Shown: positions 55,335-64,000 of the stretch, in pieces | How positions within the stretch are numbered: the stretch's first letter is position 1 | How the letters are laid out: every line of letters starts with the position of its first letter | From: the human T2T-CHM13v2.0 reference genome, Homo sapiens | Reading direction: 5' to 3' (one strand) | Assembly: GCF_009914755.1 (NCBI RefSeq) | Contig: NC_060931.1 | DNA: 64,000 bases | Position numbers and translations under genes: made by a program | The notes under the pieces: model-generated | Seen by the model: the letters and a program-made list of their open reading frames with translations, nothing else | What the model was told of the DNA's origin: nothing | Database searches by the model: none

Positions 55335-56002
55335 TGTGAACTAAAAGCATAACCCTGAATCCCCCCCTCCACTGACTGAATGACCCTTCTCGGTCAAGGG
55401 GACCCAGAGAAACCTGAAAAGCTGAGTTCCAGGCCCTGACAGGAAGGGGGTCAGACATGCCTCGTCATACTCCCTCCCTTTGGGAGTTTAGACACAACTG
55501 ACCAGCAGTAATGTTAAAACGGAGATCTTAAGACTGACAAAGCAGACTCTTGGTGGCAATAGGATACCGAATTATAACAGGACCCGAGGCCGCACAAGGC
55601 AGGGGTGGGTCCCACCTGCAGGCTGAGCAGGACCTGAGGCTGCACCTGTAGGCTACAGATCCTGTAGCAGGATCTTAACTTAAACGTTCCAAGTTTTAGA
55701 CAGAGCCTTGCTCCTCTCACCAACAGGAACTCAAAGAATCTCTGGATCCATCTATATCCTGTAAGCCCCCTTCAAGGTGTCCCACCTCCAAAGGCCGAGC
55801 CAGTGTGGACCTGCCATGCATGGCTGTATGTCTTTGCCTATAACTCCTGCCTCCCTGAGATGTCAAAACCAAACTGCAATCCGATCTCCTCAGGCACACG
55901 TTCTCAGGACTCGCTGGGACCGTGTCTGTCTGGCTGTGTCACTCACTGGCTCAGAAGAAACCTCTTTAAAATATTTTACAGAGTTTGGTTTTTCCATCAA
56001 CA
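55335..56002 (+). mobile_element. MER39-type solo LTR
   Basis: tgtgaactaaaa start; aaacctctttaaaatattttacagagtttggtttttccatcaaca end; flanks gagg / gaga. Confidence 0.8.
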
Positions 56003-56263
56003 GAGAAAAGACTTGGAATATGCAGGAAAGACTTGATCAATTTCAGGTGGTGGGCAGAATGCTTGTCACAGACGCACCCACTGCAAGTCTGCACAGCTGA
56101 GTGGAAGGAGCTGGTGCCTGACACTGTGACCCGAACTCAAAGGGCCACTCAGGCAGCACAGGCTGGTTATCAAGGGCGTCACTCCACCACCTCCAAAGCA
56201 AAAGGGACGTGTGGAGGACTGTGCTGCATTTTGTCTCAGTATTCATCAGCCTGGAGATAGAAA

Positions 56264-56878
56264 TGTGTTCCTGTCGGGGGCGAGCCTTCCCTGTTGGACG
56301 TGGGTTTCTGAGGTTGTGTTCCCATTGGGGGTCAGCCTTCCATGTTGGAAGTGGGTTTCTGAAGTTGTGTTCCCGTTGGGGGTGAGCCTTCCATGTTGGA
56401 AGTGGGTTTCTGAGGTTGTGTTCCTGTCGGGGGTGAGCCTTCCATGTTGGAAGTGGGTTTCTGAAGTTGTGTTCCCGTTGGGGGTGAGCCTTCCATGTTG
56501 GAAGTGGGTTTCTGAGGTTGTGTTCCTGTCGGGGGTGAGCCTTCCCCGTTGGAGGTGGGTTTCTGAGGTTGTGTTCCTGTCGGGGATGAGCCTTCCCTAT
56601 TGGACATATGGGTTTCTGAGGTTGTCTTCCTGTCGGGGGTGAGCCTTCCCCGTTGGAAGTGGGTTTCTGAGGTTGTGTTCCTGTCGGGGGCGAGCCTTCC
56701 CCATTGGAAGTGTGTTTCTGAGATTGTGTTCCTGTCGGGGATGAGCCTTCCCCATTGGACGTGGGTTTCTGAGGTTGTCTTCCTGTTGGGGGTGAGCCTT
56801 CCCCATTGGAAGTGGGTTTCTGAGGTTGTGTTCCTGTCGGGGGCGAGCCTTCCCTGTTGGAAGTGGGTTTCTGAAGTT
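56264..56878. repeat. 51-bp minisatellite, ~12 copies
   Basis: tgtgttcctgtcgggggtgagccttccc.gttggaagtgggtttctgaggt, period 51 (one 53-bp unit). Confidence 0.97.
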
Positions 56879-57549
56879 TGCTGTTGGAAGCAGAGCTTGC
56901 GTCCATGCTCACAGCAGCACCAGCCGCAATCAGTCACTGAGGTCTGTGCTGGGTGTGGAAGATGAGAGTGGTACCACATGTTCCTCAATCTGGACTAGAG
57001 GTTTGTCTGTGATTAGCGGAGACTGGCCTGCCAAGAGCCAAGGGCGCTGTGTTTGCATGTACAGCAGGCGTCTGATACGGTTCTGGGGCAGACGCCAGCC
57101 AGGCCGAGCAGGCAGCCTCCACTGCTCCGTGCATGGGGTCAGAGTCCACAGCATGGGACCTGGTCCCTGGGCAGGCCTGACAGACATCTGTGAACCAGGA
57201 ATGGGCATATTCCAGGAGGTCTGGCACAAAGCAAAGTCATTGTAGACTTTGGCAATTGCATTTGTTCCAGATAATACATTTTCTTAGGACCTAAGGCCTC
57301 AGAACTTAAAATGAATGTTGTAAAGTTTGAAGCCAAAACAAAATGCAGACAGGCTGTACCCAGCAATTCCTGACTCTGCAATCTGGGCCTAATTCAAGTA
57401 CTCATCTCCATGGCCTGCCAAAACCCTCCCACCGGAGCTCACCCTGTGGTCCAGTGCTCAGCACCATTCATACCTATGTTCGGGGACAGAAGCCACTCTG
57501 GGGACTAGGAAGAAAACACGTAAAGGAATTGAGCTTAAAATAAAAAGAA

Positions 57550-57860
57550 ATTCGGTATATTTCATACCCACTAGCAATATGCCTTTAGAAAGAGACAGGC
57601 TGGCAACTGCACGTTGGGAAGGACGCACAGTGACTAGAACTCTCGTTCCCTACTGCTGGGAGTGCAAAACGGAACAGCCACTCTCCCGACTGCCCAGCGA
57701 CCACACTCCCGGGTGTTTACCCAAGAGAAATAAAAATCGTGTCTGTAAAAGAATGTCTATCAGCCTTATTGATAACGTCTCCAAACCCTGATTACATCAA
57801 GTGTCCGACCGCAGGAGGACGGACGAGAACGGGTGGCCCTTCACAGAACAGGCTAATTCT
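57550..57860 (+). mobile_element. L1ME-type ORF2/3' fragment
   Basis: tttcatacccactag, actgctgggagtgcaaaacggaacagccact, gtttacccaagagaaataaaaa. Confidence 0.6.
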
Positions 57861-60570
57861 CAGCATGTGGGAGCACTCGTGCGTGGAAGGCCAGGCGTGT
57901 GACACGTGTGAGCATAGCGTGGGCAGGACGCACGTGAGGGCAGTGGCGGCTTCAAGCACAAATCCTAGGGACTGGGTGGGTCCTTGGAGCAGCAGGCCTG
58001 GGTGAGCCTTAGTGGACTCCTCTGTGGCCTGTAGGGGGGTCTCTGCCCTCATCACACCCAAGGAGACCAGGAGACCCGCACAGGTGCAGGTTCTCCTCAG
58101 TTGTCTAGTGGAGGACTTCAGATTGGAAAGAAACTCTCAGCCTGGCAGCCTCACAGTACTGAGGAGGCCACAGGCCCAGGAAGGGCCTCACTATTGGGCC
58201 CCACGCTGCCGGCTCCTGGTGACCTGCGTCCCAGTACCTGGTCTGGTTTCTTTTCCCAGACTTTGGAAGGTCCCCGTTGTCTGCAGGGGGTCCCAGCCCT
58301 GCCAGGGGAAACCCCCCAAATCCGAAGGCAAGGGAACGCCCAGGAGAGGGAACCTGCTGTCCACGCTGCAGAAAGGCCCGCAGTTCTCCTGTCTTCACAA
58401 GATGCCTGACCCCGGCTGAGTCACCTGAAATCTTTCCAAAGCACCCTCAGCACACATTAGGGCACTTCTCCCTGTATTTTGGTATCAACCTATTTCCCCT
58501 ACCCTGCCTCAGTCCTATTGCTTCTTTGTGAACTTTGCTTAGAGAATCTTCTCCTGAAGTCTGCAGAGGAAACTGGGGCGCCCTCAGATGCTGTGTTCAC
58601 ACTGTGTGTGGACACACAAGCATCCCCTTGGCCACCCCCAGGCAGGCCCTGCAAGTCGGAGGCCTGAGGGGAGAACCAGTGTCCCCGAGACACTCTTGCT
58701 GGTCGGAGACGCCTGAGTGCTGTGACCAGGCCACACACAGAGACTGGCGCTGCAGCCCCTGGAGGGGAGGCTTCAATCTTCACCCAAAGCAGCCATCAGT
58801 GGGACTCACCCTGGGCTGGCCTGACCCAGCACAAAACTATAGTGTCGAAGAAATACAGGAAATGAAAAGAAACCTAGAATGAACTGAAACCAAAATGGGG
58901 GGAAGATGGAAATATTAACTACCCAGTATGTAAAACTGGTTTTCACACTTTTTAACGTTTTATACATGGCACTGCCTGTTACCCAGGCCCCGACTCGGCC
59001 CCTCCCTGGCCTGCTGCCTGCGTTGCTCCTGCCCGTCATTCCCTCCCCTCAGCCTGCTTTTCCTCCAAAGCTCTAGCTAATACCTGAAATGACAGCATGG
59101 ATTTGCTTATTTATTTATTGGGCTGCCCCTCATACATACGAGCTGCAAGAGGGCAGGGTCGAAGCCTGTCTTGTTACAGGGCCCGTGGTGGAGCTGTACA
59201 AGTCACACCCTGCCGAGGGGAGCACTCTGCTCACCAGCCGCCTGGAGGGGCACACGTTTCCCACCCCATTCACCCAGGGGAGACCTTTTTCCGTTGCGTG
59301 CAGAGGTTCTGTGTGAGCTGGAGGCGGCCACGGGCCAGTCACACGGATGGTGGCTCCGGCTGGTGCCCATCCCTTCATATTCAGGAGAGACGGACTGTCT
59401 GTGAGACATTCTCACAGGTGCTCTGGGATACACGCCATGGCTGTACCTGGCCTCAAGTGGCTCATCGTGCTTCAGGGGATACAAAATGGATACACAGATA
59501 ACTCTAATACAAAATAAGGTCTGAGGGCAGGAATTTTGGAATATTGTCATATTTGTTTCTAGAGTTATTTTAGAAAAGCTCATATTGTGGGATTTGGATG
59601 AAAATTCATCATTACATTCTTAATAGACCGATTTGGGGGGCAAACTGGAGTCCTTTTGTAACACTGGTTTGGATAAGGGAATTTGAAATTACCTCAAAGA
59701 ATAAGCAACAGTTCTAATTTTCATTCCATTTAGGTTCAGAAAAAGGATGGAGGTAGAAAGTCCTCTCTCCCAAACACTATGATTGACACTGCAGAGTTCT
59801 GCAACTCTCGTACGAGGGAGATTTCATGATGATCTCAGTAACGGATCAGAGAATCAACGACTGACTTCGCTGAGGCACGGTGACGAAAAGGTCAAGGTGG
59901 TCTGGTCTGAGTGAAGTCACAGCAAGAACCCTTGTCCAGGGCCATTCTCACCTTTGGGGACAGCTCCTTCCCTGTATGGTCCTCATGTCACTGCACTTTC
60001 CTGCCTTGTTTCTTGCTGAAGCCATTATTTCTTAATTCCTTAGTAGATATGCAGAGCGGACATCCCAAAGAAGCTAGAAAAATTGATGAGCAGGGAACAG
60101 ATCAAATCCTCTCCATCAGTGGAAGGCAATTCACGAGGGAAGAAGGCAAGACCATGGGGTAATTTTTCTGAGACTTGACAATGTTTGCCAAGTAAATAAA
60201 TCTGCCATTTAACACTACGATAAAAGCTGTCATAGCCAGGGTATTAGTGACTACTTGAGGTTTGAGGACAATGAAGACAGAGTAAGATAAACATCCTTAC
60301 TATCCAGAAAAAAAAAAACGGAACCAGAAGACAGCGCTTCTTACTATCCACAAAAGAAATGGAACCGCAAGACAGCCCTTCTTATTTTTCTCCATCTTCG
60401 ATGGTGAGGAAGAATAAAAAAAAAGTTGCTTTTAAAGTATATTCATTAAAATCAAATTCTATTATCATACACACAAAATATTTACGTGAAACCAGCCACA
60501 AAAGAATGACAAGGAACGCTACTGATTTGTCCATTCTGGGGGATAAGAACACAGATTCTTATCTCACTCT

Positions 60571-60977
60571 TGTTAAAAGAAAACTTCAGCTGAATTAAAT
60601 TTAAAGGAGTTTAATTGAGCAATGAATGATTTGCACATCGGGCAGCCCCCAGAATTACAGCAGATTCAGAGAGACTCCAGTGCAGCCACGTGGTGGAAGA
60701 TTTATAGACAAAAAAAGGGAAGTGAGGTAGAGAAACACCTGGATTAGTTACAGGTTGGCATTTGCCTTATTTACACACAGTTTGAACATTCAGCAGTGTA
60801 TGAGTGATTGAAGTACGGCTGCTGGGACTGGCCGAGACTCAGCAATTGTGACAGGTACATACTCCTAATTTAGGTTTTCAATCTTGTCTACCTATTAAGT
60901 TAGGCTCAGTTTGTTCACAGGGACTCCAATACAGAAGTACGGAGTCCTTCTCAGGCCATATTTAGTTCGCTTTAACA
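60571..60977 (-). mobile_element. MER57 (A/B-type) 3' LTR
   Basis: tgttaaaag...tttaaca termini; aaatatggcctgagaaggactccgtacttct on the minus strand; PPT aaaaagggggaat (minus) adjacent at 60978-60990. Confidence 0.9.
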
Positions 60978-63550
60978 ATTCCCCCTTTTTGGTCATTTTA
61001 TCAGTTTTGAGAGATTGATCGAAACTTGAGTTATTGATGTCACTGTCACCATTGGTCTTGAAACCCACTAGGAAGCAGAACAGTGAGTTTTGCAAAGGTA
61101 GGAACAAGGACTGAGTTGAGGATACCACCTTATGCTGGAAAGTCCTGTTTGCAAGAGAAAAACAAAACCTGGTCTATTCTAGGACCCATGTGTTTCCTTA
61201 AAGTCTTAATTCGATTATGTCACATTTAGCACGAATGATGCCATTTTGGTTCGGTTTGGTCTGTTGGGACCTAGTGCTCAGTCCAAAACAATGGCCTCCC
61301 ATCATTTTGTTTAAAAAATTCCCCCTTTGTCAGGTTGTCACTTAGGCAAGAGTGTGACCAAAACTTAGGATGTTAGCGCCACTCTCCGTTACTATCATTT
61401 TGGATTTCCAGTCTCAGCATGTCACTCATCGGTTTCGGTGTCCTCGTGGTCACACATTTCTTTCAGCTCTTGTCATTCCAGTTGAAGAGAGACCATCTGA
61501 CGTTCTAAAGATGGCTTCATGCAAACATTTAAAACCTTTGAGAGAATACAGTGCACCAGGGAGACTATTCTTATGACTACTGAGAGGGTTAACACCAAGA
61601 ATTTGGAGTATGCTCCTTAGCCAGGGTCCCCATAAACCAGACCACCTAAACTCAAATAGACCATTCTTTGACTTAACTCAGTGGTCTTTTCGTTAATTCC
61701 CTACAACAGACTCTCTATAACACCTGATGTTTTCTCCATAGGCCTTAAGTGCCAGCATCTGCACAGGTACTTTCCTGTTTAGCCAATTCTATTTTTTAGC
61801 ATAACTTTCACAAGAGAATTTAACATCTGTTGTGTAGCCTTTACAGTAGAATCTGCTACAGAGTCTACCATGAGGGATATGTTTCTAGTCATTGCCTTTT
61901 TAATTCCAAACCATGGAAAAAGGACCTAACAAATGATGCCCTTCTAGAAGAGGGAAGGCCTCTTGGCAATGGTCTCTTTAACCCATGCTGTGGGTTAAGA
62001 GGAGTGAACCAATGTTCTGCTTCTGAATGATTATGAGGCACCATATGTACCATTGAAGTTTCTCACCTATGATACACTGGGCCTTCATCTTTATCTATCA
62101 AGTTATAAGATTATCCATGTATAAAGCTGGCTGCAAAGCCCTTCACAAATAAAAGTATACCCCATAAGTGCACAAAACAGACCCCCTTCTCACTTCTGTT
62201 GTTCACAGAGGCGGAAGCAACGGAAAAACATTCAAAGATAAGAGTCTCATGATAGTAAGAAGTCTTGATCCATGATCTTCAGAAAGAGCTGCTCACATCA
62301 AGGATGCCATCTTCTTCTGGGGAGAAACTTCCCTGATTAGCTTTACCTTAAGGGTTTCAATGGATGTAGAGTTCCAAGAGTGACCCTGCTCAGTTGTGAG
62401 ATTATGACCCCAAGGTTCAAGATCCTGATGTTTTGTTGCAGTGATGATGCCAAGGGCAGCTTTTCTCTGATGTTCTCAGAAGATCCCATCTTTGGGTTCT
62501 AGATTGTGAAGGGGTTGATTGTCCTCAGTGAACCATAAAAAGCTCTTTACCTGGTGAAAATACACTGATACATAGTAATCTACTGTTATAACATTAGCCC
62601 TCCTGCATGGGAAAGCTTTAGTACAACCAGAACACATACATTGAAAATGACAACTGAATGAAACCCCTTTATAAATGTTTAAATGCCTCATCAGGTAGCC
62701 AAATGTACATGAAGCTTTGATTGACTTCCCAGGAGTATGGGTTTGACAAACTAAACATTGTTTATAAACTATTTTAACAATCTGTAAGTCACCACACCAA
62801 CATATTTAATTTGGATCATTTTATCTTTTCCAGGATGAGTCATGGAATGCATAACTTTTAATAACAAAAGCTTTAAGGACTCACGAAGGACAAGGCAGCC
62901 ATCTTGGTTCTCCATGAGTCCATGCTTAACATCGGACTTATGTCCTCTTGGGTGCCAGCTGTTTCTCCAAATTGGGCACATAGCATGGATAACTGATGGG
63001 TTATCACAGGTAATTTGACTTAGACCATGGAGTTCATTCAAATTGTATATCTAAACAATTTCAGTATAGGCTGATTAAGTATGCAAACCTGGTGAAGTAT
63101 TTCCTCGGTATTCAATTAATTTTTATTCTATTTGGGTTAGCAGTTTTATAAGCCAGTCAGTCTTTTCATTAAAGTTTCAGCAATTCTTACCCAGTCCAAA
63201 TGATGTGATTTTGAAGTTACTAGAAACCTGTATTCCACAGTGCTTTTCAGGGTCCTCCCCATCCGTTCACGAACCTCCTAAAAGACACCATGTTCTAGGA
63301 TTTTTGTGTGCTTGTGAAGTTTTCAGAAACTACATCAGCATGAAGCAATTAACTGCGGAAATGACTTTAAATACTCAAAAAGACACAATTGACAAAGAAA
63401 TTTGGTTATAACAACAACATAACCATAATTATGATCGGTAGCATATACTCAGAAAAATTAGAATTTTAGAAATCCGATACAACTTTGGAACATATATTAA
63501 TATCATTCACTAAAATATAACCTGAAGAAGGTTAAATTTTTTTTTGACAC
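60978..63550 (-). mobile_element. MER57-int (ERV1/MER4-group) internal region with decayed integrase and env-region sequence
   Basis: Minus-strand HHCC zinc finger: LLKVMHSMTHPG (~62830-62865) and CLVCQTH (62737-62757), then FKHL*xxFIQL and SGCTKAFPCRRA; multiple stops and frameshifts. Confidence 0.85.
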
Positions 63551-63659
63551 TATTCTGTATCGAAAAGTCCAAAATGTTTCTTAAAAAGTAACTAAAAAAA
63601 CACTGGAGTAATTAAAGGACACTTCCTGTGCAGGGGATGGAAAAATCTCAACAAAAAAG

Positions 63660-64000
63660 GAGCGCAGAAGAGCCTGGCTAGGCGGGAGAACACGGTCAGG
63701 CCCGCAGGAGACGCCGCGGCACCTGCCAGAAAGAGACCCGCAGGCCAAGACCAGGAGACGCGAGAGAGGTGGGCAGGGCTGCCCGAGAGACCCAGGCGGC
63801 CATTGCCCGCCCTGCGTCTGCGCCTGCGCCGGAGCCTCCTCCACACTGCGCCAGCGCCGAGTCCGGTCGCCTCCTCATTGCGCCGGCGCCGGGGCTTCCT
63901 CCACACCGCGCCTGCGCCGATGACAACCCGCCTCTACAGGACGCCTGCGCAACGCCATAGTCACCTCATCAGCTCCGTGCACTTACGAGTCTCTCTCTGA
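63660..64000. promoter_or_regulatory. CpG-island, promoter-like segment with NRF1-type motifs (may continue past the window edge)
   Basis: High CpG density; GCGCCTGCGC at 63820 and 63908, CGCCTGCGCA at 63942, YY1-like GCGGCCATT at 63796. Confidence 0.7.

Noticed and set aside
56043-56988. Repetitive 120-290 aa ORFs on both strands
   Set aside because: 51-bp minisatellite with an internal frame-shifting unit.
60978-63550. Intact or domesticated retroviral pol/env gene
   Set aside because: Integrase motifs are split across frames with stops; no long ORF.

Overview
This is primate (human-like) genomic DNA. It is GC-rich, looks like a distal/subtelomeric-type region and is apparently intergenic or intronic. 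No protein-coding exon, rRNA, tRNA or CRISPR array can be supported; the long ORFs in the track come from stop-free tandem repeats, low-complexity tracts or Alu/L1 sequence. About half the window is interspersed repeats, assigned from my memory of consensus sequences (no RepeatMasker run). These include old L1M blocks with nested Tigger1, MER44 and Alus; MER1B; a short L1PA 3' end with TSD; solo LTRs (MLT1, MER74-like, LTR16-like, MER21, MER41B, MER67, two inverted MER39); and a MER57 provirus remnant (3' LTR, PPT and decayed env/integrase) that stops at a CpG-island, NRF1-motif promoter-like segment at the right edge. The most distinctive feature is a dense series of tandem duplications at every stage, from 2 to about 46 copies. 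The best single observation is a 1.3-kb GC/CpG-rich minisatellite that arose from the L1 endonuclease 'IYRTLHPTTAEY' coding motif, with an unexpanded homologue 3 kb upstream in the same window. Weaker candidates are homeodomain-motif-rich enhancer-like islands, a MER41B whose STAT site has STAT6-type spacing, and a C/D-box snoRNA-like motif arrangement. I did not find a convincing new multi-gene system.
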